DNA of 38,789 bases, taken from assembly GCA_044371965.1 (NCBI GenBank), contig JBILSS010000003.1:1-38789 (forward strand). Reading direction: 5' to 3'. A program made the position numbers and the translations under genes. The stretch comes from Vampirovibrionales bacterium (GTDB taxonomy: Bacteria; Cyanobacteriota; Vampirovibrionia; Vampirovibrionales; JAJTHC01). Shown here piece after piece: positions 17,423 to 24,579 of the stretch. The notes beneath the pieces were generated by a model, which worked only from the letters and a program-made list of their open reading frames with translations, searched no databases and was not told where the DNA came from. The stretch's first letter is position 1. The number at the start of each line of letters is the position of its first letter.

Positions 17423-19400
17423 ACGTCAAGCGGCGTGACCGCTTCTTTTTCTTAATTTCTACTTTATCTAAAATTACCTCCTCTTTCTTGGGCATTTTTC
17501 GTAAGTTTTCTTTTGAATTTTCTGCAGTCATTTCCTCTAATTTCTTCAATACGTTCCTGTATTCCTCTTTTCCTGCATCGTCCGAAATTCCTGCAATACT
17601 TTCCTGTATTTCTCTTTTTTCTTGAGATATCCTATTGATTTTAGATTCCAATTTACGGGCGATTCTATGCCAGTTGGGATCCAAGTTATGACACGCAGCG
17701 AGAGCATAGACCCTTAAATCCAACGCTTCGTTCCGCTTGCCCCCTTGATTGACCCATTCATAGCGAATGCCTGCCTTGGTGTCCTTCTTTACACGCTTTT
17801 CAGCGGTCAATTGGGCGAAATAGTTCTCGTTATTCATGCCGTCTTTAAAGTGGCAGTAGCCAGCCCCGACTTCATCCATGGTCAAGTAGCTATAAACGTG
17901 CATCTTGGCTTCATCCACACCGATCATGTAAAGGGGGACGGTTCGCTGTTCACGATCGCTACGCTTCTTCTGTTGAGGTTTTTCCACCAATGGGTAAGAA
18001 CCACCACGCCCTTTAGAAGCAGAAACACCCGAACTTGCCCCTTTTTTCGCCACAAAGTCATACACGGCACGAGGTAAGAATCCTGAATCGATAAAGGCAC
18101 GAGCAATCGTCATTTTCAAACCGCTGTCATGCGTGTAACGCTTAGTAAGGATCTCATCCAAGGCTTGCCACGTTTCTTGATGCAAGGGGTTTCCATAAAT
18201 CACACCCCAATCCACCGACCAGCTTTCGTAGCCCATGCCCCAACCGATGACCTCGTATTCCAAACGGTCTTTCTGCACATCCACGCCTGCGGTTAAAATC
18301 AACACGCCCTTCGGTACGTCCGCCGTGTAGACTTCTAAACGCTTCATAAGCCCTTCGGGTTCCACCGATTCGCCCACGTCCGACCACGGCAAGCCTAGCG
18401 TCGTGTTTTGAAAAGTTTTTTGTCCTTGAATGCCTCTAGTCATTGCCTCGTGAAAAGTAACCGATATATCTTTCCAACTTATAAAAGGGCTGAGAAAACC
18501 CGGAACATGAAAACTACGAATATCGGTGACTTCGGGGTTTTGAGCCACAAACTCGCCCCCCATCGCCTTCCAGTCGTACTCATCGTGAAAGGAGCCACAG
18601 GCAGGACACGCCATTTGATAGGTGTCACAATCAAAACGGTCAAACTCAAAGACGCTCGACTCGCCACAACTCGGGCAAGGGGTCATCCATAGTTCTTGGC
18701 TCCCTAGCAGGTATTCTGCCTTAATGCGACTGGTCGTGGCATCTGTGGGAGTACTGGTATTGACCTCCTTAAAATCCCAGTAACTATTTCCACGTTGACG
18801 AGCCAAGAGCATCGGGTCACCTTCGCCGTCCACATCCAAAGCATATCGGTCACATTCATCCATTAAAAGCAAGCCAACACTATTCATGGCTAAATCACCA
18901 CTGGCTTGCGTCCCTGCCATCTTTAAAAATCCACTAGGAAACTGAATATGAGTAAGTGAATTTTCAGTTTGAGTGCCTCTCAAGGTTCCTGTCAAGGCGA
19001 GTAAGCCTTCATTCCCTTCAATAAAAGGACGCATTTTATTTTTCACAAACTCTTTGCAAAGCCCGATATTGGGTTGAATAAACAAGATAGGTCGTGGGCG
19101 TTCTTTCATGTAGTAGCCGACCGCACATTGCTGAATGAGTGTTTTACCGATTTGTGAGCCTGACATCACGGCAATCCGTCTCACCTTAATGTCTGAAATC
19201 GCATCTAGTATGGGAGCTTGATAAGGAGCCGTCTCACGACTCCACCGCCCCGACAAAGACGTATTGGTGGGCAACTTGATGTTCTGCTCCGTCCAATCAC
19301 TCAAGTTCATCGTCAAAGGGGGTAAAAATTGACTCATCATCTTCTGAAAGAACTGCATCGTGTGATTCGGTATTTCCGCCCAGTTCGTCGTTAAAGTCAT
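17409..19400 (-). CDS. Terminase large subunit, lambda GpA family
   Basis: TAPYQ, Walker A SGSQIGKT, Walker B LLLMDECD, STPT, two CPxCG motifs, nuclease AGVDVQ / IDSG / NEALD. Confidence 0.96.
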   Translation of the reverse strand: MTLTTNWAEIPNHTMQFFQKMMSQFLPPLTMNLSDWTEQNIKLPTNTSLSGRWSRETAPYQAPILDAISDIKVRRIAVMSGSQIGKTLIQQCAVGYYMKERPRPILFIQPNIGLCKEFVKNKMRPFIEGNEGLLALTGTLRGTQTENSLTHIQFPSGFLKMAGTQASGDLAMNSVGLLLMDECDRYALDVDGEGDPMLLARQRGNSYWDFKEVNTSTPTDATTSRIKAEYLLGSQELWMTPCPSCGESSVFEFDRFDCDTYQMACPACGSFHDEYDWKAMGGEFVAQNPEVTDIRSFHVPGFLSPFISWKDISVTFHEAMTRGIQGQKTFQNTTLGLPWSDVGESVEPEGLMKRLEVYTADVPKGVLILTAGVDVQKDRLEYEVIGWGMGYESWSVDWGVIYGNPLHQETWQALDEILTKRYTHDSGLKMTIARAFIDSGFLPRAVYDFVAKKGASSGVSASKGRGGSYPLVEKPQQKKRSDREQRTVPLYMIGVDEAKMHVYSYLTMDEVGAGYCHFKDGMNNENYFAQLTAEKRVKKDTKAGIRYEWVNQGGKRNEALDLRVYALAACHNLDPNWHRIARKLESKINRISQEKREIQESIAGISDDAGKEEYRNVLKKLEEMTAENSKENLRKMPKKEEVILDKVEIKKKKRSRRLTYGGR
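17461..17494 (-). promoter_or_regulatory. Putative late promoter embedded in the TerL 3' end
   Basis: TTACGAAAAA-TGCCCAAGAAA (core 17494-17484), 17 nt, TAAAGT (17466-17461). Confidence 0.55.
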
Positions 19401-19944
19401 AGGTCATTTCCTTTTTCAAATCTAGGTTAGTAATTTCTTGTAAGGCTTCATCAATGGCTTGAATGGCTTTTTCGCAAAGTTCTGCTTCACTTTTGCACCT
19501 GAACCACAAGGGGGCTTTCGTGAAGGGTAAGGCTCTCAAACGCCCGACGGCAGTCTTAATCACTGTGGAAAGAAACTTATTGAGATGTCTCTCATGGTGA
19601 AGTTCCCCACGCTGTTTGGCGACTTTCAGCTCCTTCATTTCCGCCGTCGCTTTGATGTCACGGGTTTTGTAGTCTTCCGCCACAGGGTTGGCTTTGCCTG
19701 TCATCTTCCCACGCATCCACACAATGTAGTCAGTGACGCTCGTACTGGCATAAAGCCCCGTGCTAAGGCGTGTAATCACGCCTTTTTCAGCGGATTCCTG
19801 AACGTTCCTCGTCGTACACGCAAAGATCCGTGCCAAGGCATCCACCGTAAACCCCTTCAGTTCTGAAGACGGCACACCTTCAAGCTTCAACTGGCTCGCT
19901 TCTTCCTGATTTTCCAAACCGTACAAATCGGTCACATCTTCCAT
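19297..19944 (-). CDS. Terminase small subunit (Nu1-like)
   Basis: N-terminal wHTH (LARIFACTTRNVQE...GVI), coiled coil AEMKELKVAKQRGEL, and overlap with TerL. Confidence 0.85.
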   Translation of the reverse strand: MEDVTDLYGLENQEEASQLKLEGVPSSELKGFTVDALARIFACTTRNVQESAEKGVITRLSTGLYASTSVTDYIVWMRGKMTGKANPVAEDYKTRDIKATAEMKELKVAKQRGELHHERHLNKFLSTVIKTAVGRLRALPFTKAPLWFRCKSEAELCEKAIQAIDEALQEITNLDLKKEMTYDFNDELGGNTESHDAVLSEDDESIFTPFDDELE

Positions 19945-20009
19945 TTTAAAACCTTTCGCTAAACCTCTAAAACCTTTCCATTCCTAGCGTTTTCGCAACT
20001 TCCCACCCC

Positions 20010-20498
20010 TCACCGAAGCGAAGTCCCCGAAAAATCACCACGCATAGCCACATTTCGGGGTTCAGCAGACCCGCAGGAAAAAGGGCTAGGGAGTACCTTT
20101 TGATTCTCAAAGAGATTCAATTGCCCCAGTGACAAATCCTTCAAGATCTCTTTCACACGGCGAGGGGTGATCTTCATTTGATGAGCAATAGACGCATCAG
20201 AGTAGCCCAGTAAAGCCAAGATGCCCACATTGTGTCGCTTGATTATCATCTCTACTCGCTTCTGCTGGCTGATGTCAACCAGTTCAGAGGCGTATAATTC
20301 GCATAAGCTGTTTGCCAGTTCTGCTCCTAGTATTTTAACCAAGCGGTCGTAAGCCTTCCCCTTCTTTTTCTTGGGAAAGTAAATCTTTCGCAAGTCTGAA
20401 AACTCCTTGGCAAGAGCATACGCCCTTTGCTTGCCAACCATTTCGGCAATACCAGCTAGCTCCCCAGTCAGCTCAAGCTTTTCAAAAATATCACTCAC
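20010..20498 (-). CDS. Mor/C-family transcription activator
   Basis: IAEMVG..RAYALAKEF...IYFPK repeat plus C-terminal HTH (IAHQMKITPRRVKEIL). Confidence 0.75.
   Translation of the reverse strand: MSDIFEKLELTGELAGIAEMVGKQRAYALAKEFSDLRKIYFPKKKKGKAYDRLVKILGAELANSLCELYASELVDISQQKRVEMIIKRHNVGILALLGYSDASIAHQMKITPRRVKEILKDLSLGQLNLFENQKVLPSPFSCGSAEPRNVAMRGDFSGTSLR
20025..20098 (-). other. Putative cos packaging site (cosQ/cosN-like)
   Basis: Minus strand AGGTACT...GCGGGTCTGCTGAACCCCG just upstream of TerS, resembling lambda cosQ (GGGTCCT) and the cosN dyad. CCCCGAAA/TTTCGGGG inverted repeat at 20025-20032 and 20053-20060. Confidence 0.5.
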
Positions 20499-20787
20499 TT
20501 GGACTCACCTCCATCGATTGATCACGGCGTGCAAAGGCATACGCCTTGGCTCTCACGACGGATTGCATTAGCTGACGAGTTTTGGGAGCCTCTTCAGGAT
20601 GCTCCTTAAAGTAGTCTAAAGCCTCTTGAATGTTGGCTTTGCTAAGCTTAACCGCAGGTAGATTTAGGGGCTTTAATGGCTTAGCTGTTCCGATTGTTGC
20701 TGGCATGGTATTTTTCTTTCTTTCGCTTGGCTTGATTGCTTTTTTAACTTCTTTCGTTGTCGGCTTAAAGTAGTTTTTCTCGCTCAT
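20491..20787 (-). CDS. Hypothetical basic phage protein
   Basis: Co-oriented ORF between the replication and activator genes. Confidence 0.6.
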   Translation of the reverse strand: MSEKNYFKPTTKEVKKAIKPSERKKNTMPATIGTAKPLKPLNLPAVKLSKANIQEALDYFKEHPEEAPKTRQLMQSVVRAKAYAFARRDQSMEVSPSE

Positions 20788-20799
20788 GTTTTCAACCCT

Positions 20800-21762
20800 T
20801 TACTTGCGTTGTGCCTTGTTTTCAGGGGGAAGCCACTCCTTCCAGTTTTGCCTGAAGGCTCCAAGCAAAAAGGCTTTGAGCGATCGGACGCTTCCCAAAT
20901 CTTTCTTGAACAAGCCGTCAACCGCTCGCTTCAAGCAATCGGATCGGACTTGTCGCTCGTCGAAATGGACGTAATCGGCGTGATTCACGCCTTTGGCTTG
21001 CCATATCGTGATTTTGGCAAGCGTGTTCCCAAACTCCCCCAAATCCACGGCTTTCCCTTTGCAAGCCCTGCCCAAATACTCGTTTGCCTGAAGAAAAAAC
21101 GTCTTCTGCCCTTCTTCGCTCAATTCTTTGAGCAAGTCCGTCGCCCGAGCAGGCTTGCCCTGCTCTTTGAAAAAAAGTTCGCTTGATGCCACTGGTGGGT
21201 TTTTCTTTTTTTGTGAACTTTTTTTAAATGATTCTGATTCTGATTCTGATTGCTTAAGCGTCACTTCAAGCATTGCTTGAGCATCACTTGAAGCAGTGCT
21301 TGCGTTTTCCGCTCGCTTTTTACCCCCCTTTGAACCAGCCTTAATCCGCTTAGCTTCTTTGTCTCGGTACTTGTCAAGTTCTTTTTTTAAACGTGTGTTT
21401 TCCCAAAATAAATCGAGGGTGTTCAAAAGTTTTTTAGAATTATTTTCTGAACATTTTTCATTAATTTGATCAACATTTGACGAACATTTGACGTTTAAAT
21501 CAAAAAGATTAAAGTTTTGAACAGGCTCCCCCGATTGTTGAACAGGCTTAAAAAATGATGTCAGAATAAATAAAACATCTTCTTTCTGCTTCTTTGTGTA
21601 GGCTTCGACGATCTTACAGGCACGTTTGAAATCAATGGGGGACTCTGTGTCCCACTGGTCGACGAGTAGTAGCATATAGGCTCCGTGTTGCCACGTGGTG
21701 AGGCGGTGGCGAGTGTCTTTGAGGTAATCCCCTGTGTAAAATGGCATGTAGGCTTTCGGCAT
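20800..21762 (-). CDS. Phage replication initiator, YdaU/DUF1376 family
   Basis: YMPFYTGDYLKDTRHRLTTWQHGAYMLLL N-terminus, N.RL..E and AGSKGGKK motifs, low-complexity linker. Confidence 0.85.
   Translation of the reverse strand: MPKAYMPFYTGDYLKDTRHRLTTWQHGAYMLLLVDQWDTESPIDFKRACKIVEAYTKKQKEDVLFILTSFFKPVQQSGEPVQNFNLFDLNVKCSSNVDQINEKCSENNSKKLLNTLDLFWENTRLKKELDKYRDKEAKRIKAGSKGGKKRAENASTASSDAQAMLEVTLKQSESESESFKKSSQKKKNPPVASSELFFKEQGKPARATDLLKELSEEGQKTFFLQANEYLGRACKGKAVDLGEFGNTLAKITIWQAKGVNHADYVHFDERQVRSDCLKRAVDGLFKKDLGSVRSLKAFLLGAFRQNWKEWLPPENKAQRK
21230..21301. repeat. Iteron-like repeats inside the replication gene (putative origin)
   Basis: (GATTCT)x3, then two 23-bp units TGCTTAAGCGTCACTTCAAGCAT / TGCTTGAGCATCACTTGAAGCAG (19/23 identical), next to an AT-rich tract. 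Confidence 0.5.
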
Positions 21763-21799
21763 GATTCTCTCCTTTCATGCTCCCCAAGAGACGCATACC

Positions 21800-22036
21800 T
21801 TAATGGTTTGCGTCTCTGCTTTCTTTTAACGGTAGTGTTGGAACAAAAAGCTTAGGCGGACGCAGACTAGCAAGCGTCGCATAATAAAAGGCTTTTTCTT
21901 CTTCGCTCAATTCAGGCAGCGGATGGCAAAAGTTCGGATAGTCGGAGTGTCCATCTAAGACCGTTTTCCACCGTTTCAAGTCATCTCGAACTTGAGACTT
22001 AATCATCCACTGGCGATGTCTTGGGAGTTCGTGCAT
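21800..22036 (-). CDS. Hypothetical phage protein
   Basis: Coupled (TAATG) ORF. Confidence 0.55.
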   Translation of the reverse strand: MHELPRHRQWMIKSQVRDDLKRWKTVLDGHSDYPNFCHPLPELSEEEKAFYYATLASLRPPKLFVPTLPLKESRDANH

Positions 22037-22296
22037 TATAAGCCCCCCACTGTCGCTAATTGAACCGATAATGCAAAACGTTGGAGTCTGTATTTATTCA
22101 TAAGGGCTTTAGACTCGTCCAACTCTTGCTGAAGGCCTTTGATGTCTTCAATCATTCCTTTTTGGTCTTGGTGCAATTGCAGGATCATCGACTCGGCTTG
22201 TTTTAAATCCTCAATCAATTTGAGGGTTTTAGGCGTTGGGTTTGGCAGATAAAAAGCATCTGCATTCATTGAATTAGACATGGGTTTTCTCTCCAT
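22036..22296 (-). CDS. Hypothetical coiled-coil phage protein
   Basis: Heptad pattern, co-oriented. Confidence 0.55.
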   Translation of the reverse strand: MERKPMSNSMNADAFYLPNPTPKTLKLIEDLKQAESMILQLHQDQKGMIEDIKGLQQELDESKALMNKYRLQRFALSVQLATVGGL

Positions 22297-22315
22297 AAAT
22301 TAACTAAACTAAATT

Positions 22316-22349
22316 AAAAAAAGAGGGTAAATAGGGTTTCTTTACCCTC
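22316..22349 (-). terminator. Intrinsic terminator
   Basis: GAGGGTAAA / TTTACCCTC 9-bp stem followed by a T7 tract on the minus strand. Confidence 0.65.
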
Positions 22350-22367
22350 GCACCTTGGGAACAAAAA

Positions 22368-22769
22368 CTAATGCGTTTCGTCGACGCAAGGACGACTAGC
22401 GAAACTTTCTCTAAACTTTTGGACTTCTTCAGGCGTTAAAGAAAGGGGGTTATAGTTATCAGGCAAAATAATGGCTTCGTCCGCTATGTGTTCGCTTTGG
22501 GATTCTTCGACGGCTTGGACGGCTTTCTTTTCTGCTTTAGCTTCTGCTTCTTTGATGACTTGCCTTAGGGCTACATCCGTCAATAAAGCCATGGCTTCGT
22601 TGGCAAGTTGAGTCCTCCATTCGTTGGACTTTTTGAGCTGGTGAAGCTCGTTTTCGGCAATCTGCAGATTTAAATTAACCAATCGGTGGATCTTCTCTTC
22701 TAAGTTAATCGAGGGTCTTCCGACTTTATTGGTTAATTTAACGGCTTCTCTTTCTACTGTATTTGTCAT
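22368..22769 (-). CDS. Hypothetical phage protein
   Basis: SD AAAGG, KVGRPS motif, helical. Confidence 0.6.
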   Translation of the reverse strand: MTNTVEREAVKLTNKVGRPSINLEEKIHRLVNLNLQIAENELHQLKKSNEWRTQLANEAMALLTDVALRQVIKEAEAKAEKKAVQAVEESQSEHIADEAIILPDNYNPLSLTPEEVQKFRESFASRPCVDETH

Positions 22770-22821
22770 AAATGACCTTTCTTTAATTGAACTATCAAGG
22801 AATACTTGACGGTTGAGGTGA

Positions 22822-22902
22822 CTAAAACTTCTTAAAAAAGCTTGTTAAAACGGCAATGGCTCCAAATGAAGCCAAGCCCATAATGATCAAGAGTTGCTTC
22901 AT
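22822..22902 (-). CDS. 26-aa hydrophobic peptide MKQLLIIMGLASFGAIAVLTSFFKKF
   Basis: Not in the ORF track. ATG overlaps the upstream stop (TAATG), with SD-like AAAGGGA. Confidence 0.45.
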   Translation of the reverse strand: MKQLLIIMGLASFGAIAVLTSFFKKF

Positions 22903-23111
22903 TAGGCGTCCCTTTCAAAGTTCTTGGGTGGGGTTTGGGGGCTTAAATGCTTGGCGGTTGGGGCGTGTCCCATTCTGATGAGGATGTCTTGCAGATCTTC
23001 ATCAGAATCTTGGGCGGTGGCTTTTACTCGCCGTGGTTTTGGTAGGGGAGTAAGTGGGGTTGGGTGAAATTGAATGGGTTTCATGGTTTTTCCTTCCGTG
23101 GTTTGTAACAA
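22902..23111 (-). CDS. Hypothetical Pro-rich small protein
   Basis: First ORF of the element. The likely start is the ATG after GAAGGA (MKPIQF). Confidence 0.45.
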   Translation of the reverse strand: MLQTTEGKTMKPIQFHPTPLTPLPKPRRVKATAQDSDEDLQDILIRMGHAPTAKHLSPQTPPKNFERDA

Positions 23112-23114
23112 TTT

Positions 23115-23151
23115 AAAAAAATCGACCCGATAAAAACGAGTCGATAAAAAA
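23115..23151. terminator. Hairpin insulating the prophage end
   Basis: Minus strand ATCGACTCG-TTTTTAT-CGGGTCGAT followed by a T tract. Confidence 0.55.
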
Positions 23152-23209
23152 TTAAAAGTTGTGTTATGATAGGGTGGTTATCGTTGTCGCAGTTGAGAGT
23201 TGGAAAAGT

Positions 23210-23264
23210 GAGCATCTGCCTTCCAAGCAGACTGTCGCGCGTTCGAGTCGCGTCGCCCGCTCCA
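23210..23264 (+). pseudogene. 3' fragment of tRNA-Gly(TCC), probable prophage att site
   Basis: GAGCA-TCTGC-CTTCCAA-GCAGA-CTGTC-GCGCG-TTCGAGT-CGCGT-CGCCCGC-T-CCA. Anticodon arm, T arm and 3' acceptor strand are intact, but there is no upstream GCGGGCG or 5' D-arm strand. Confidence 0.85.
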
Positions 23265-23304
23265 TTTTTTATTTCTCTCCAATGCTTGTGAGTAAAGGGG
23301 TTTC

Positions 23305-24252
23305 ATGTCATTTCCTTCGCCAGCCTTTGATGAAAGCCAGTTCTTGGCGACACCCTCGCCCTTTGAACGAGTCACCATTATCGGGGCAGGTCTAATAGGT
23401 GGATCCTTTGCATGGTTGATGAGAGAACGCTTTAGCACCGAAAAGCTACACATTACGCTAGTCGACAAAGACGAAAAAACCTTACAGCTTGCCTTACGCA
23501 AAGGCATTGCGAATGTGGCTCAACAAAGTTTGCCCGCTACCTTTGAAGGATCTCACTTGCTCGTTTTGGCGACGCACTTGGATTCCAACGAAGCCCTATT
23601 GCCCGAAGTCGCCAAACGTGTGCAAGGTAACGATGTGTTGGTGACGGATATTGGTAGTGTAAAGCGTGGCATTGTGGACTTGGGCTTTAAGCTGTTGCCG
23701 AATGCCTTTGTGGGCGGTCATCCTATGGCTGGGCGTGAAAAGCAGGGACTTGAACATGCCAGTGCCTTACTCTTTTATCAGAAGCGTTTTTTGTTGACAC
23801 CGCATCCTATGTTTACGGAAACACGCTTGCTGAATCACTTTAAAGCCTTTTTGGAACTCATCGGCATGGTGCCTGTTGTCATGGAAGCCCCGCATCACGA
23901 TGAAGCCATGGCTTATGTGAGCCACCTGCCCCAATTGTATGCGGTGCTACTGACGAATCTCATTGCTCAACACAAACCAGGGCATCTGCTGGCGTTTCAT
24001 GGTGGGGGGATTGACGATCAACTGCGTTTGGCGGCGAGTCCTGCGGCGATGTGGGTGCCTGTGTACGAACGCAATGCCGACAATATGGAAACCGTCTTGG
24101 ATGAAATGATTCGCCTGTTGCAAGATATGCGAGCAGGCATGAAAGACAACGATGCCGTCAGATCATGGTTTGAAACGTCGAATACGATTCACACGGCATA
24201 CCAGCAGTTGAAGCAACAGCAGGTGCATCCGCTTAAGAACACCCTGATTTAG
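23305..24252 (+). CDS. tyrA: Prephenate/arogenate dehydrogenase
   Basis: IIGAGLIGGS Rossmann motif, TDIGSVK, GGHPMAGRE, HD..MAYVSHLP. Confidence 0.93.
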   Translation: MSFPSPAFDESQFLATPSPFERVTIIGAGLIGGSFAWLMRERFSTEKLHITLVDKDEKTLQLALRKGIANVAQQSLPATFEGSHLLVLATHLDSNEALLPEVAKRVQGNDVLVTDIGSVKRGIVDLGFKLLPNAFVGGHPMAGREKQGLEHASALLFYQKRFLLTPHPMFTETRLLNHFKAFLELIGMVPVVMEAPHHDEAMAYVSHLPQLYAVLLTNLIAQHKPGHLLAFHGGGIDDQLRLAASPAAMWVPVYERNADNMETVLDEMIRLLQDMRAGMKDNDAVRSWFETSNTIHTAYQQLKQQQVHPLKNTLI

Positions 24253-24276
24253 GTAAGATCTGTGGTTTCTTCATTA

Positions 24277-24425
24277 TATAGCCAAGTTTAGATTTTTCTA
24301 TACAGTAGGCTATTCCAGGAGCCTAGACTCGCAGATGGGCGATTGTACAGAGACGACCATAAGCACATCGAGAACCCGAGCGACAACGAAGAGACACTGT
24401 ACAGGAAATTATACACTTGGCTATA
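24277..24425. mobile_element. 149-bp MITE-like palindromic element
   Basis: Terminal inverted repeats TATAGCCAAGT / ACTTGGCTATA, extendable to 30 bp with 5 mismatches. Non-coding. Confidence 0.7.
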
Positions 24426-24579
24426 CCGCTCTATTCAACGGATGCCATTTGCTGGTTGAGGTGAAACAGGGCTTCGTTGTAATTTTATCAAAACGTTCAC
24501 TTTGAAATAATTGAGTTGACCTAGCTTTCATTGTAGAATTATGTTAAACATTCTATTCAATATCATTCGTGAGGTACAA

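Larger units (their letters stand above)
1..23264 (-). mobile_element. Integrated prophage-like element (right part)
   Basis: Continuous co-oriented phage genes ending at a tRNA 3' fragment, followed by housekeeping genes. Confidence 0.9.

Noticed and set aside
1225-21186. Numerous plus-strand ORFs in the track within the prophage (e.g. 3610-3954, 9512-9901, 13726-14217, 20809-21186)
   Set aside because: They are antisense shadows of well-supported minus-strand genes, with no recognisable motifs or SD sites.
23188-23264. Intact tRNA-Gly gene
   Set aside because: The 5' acceptor strand (GCGGGCG) and the 5' D-arm strand are absent, so only the 3' ~55 nt are tRNA-like.
23159-23507. ORFs 23159-23395 (+) and 23178-23507 (-)
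   Set aside because: They run across the tRNA fragment and tyrA and are spurious.
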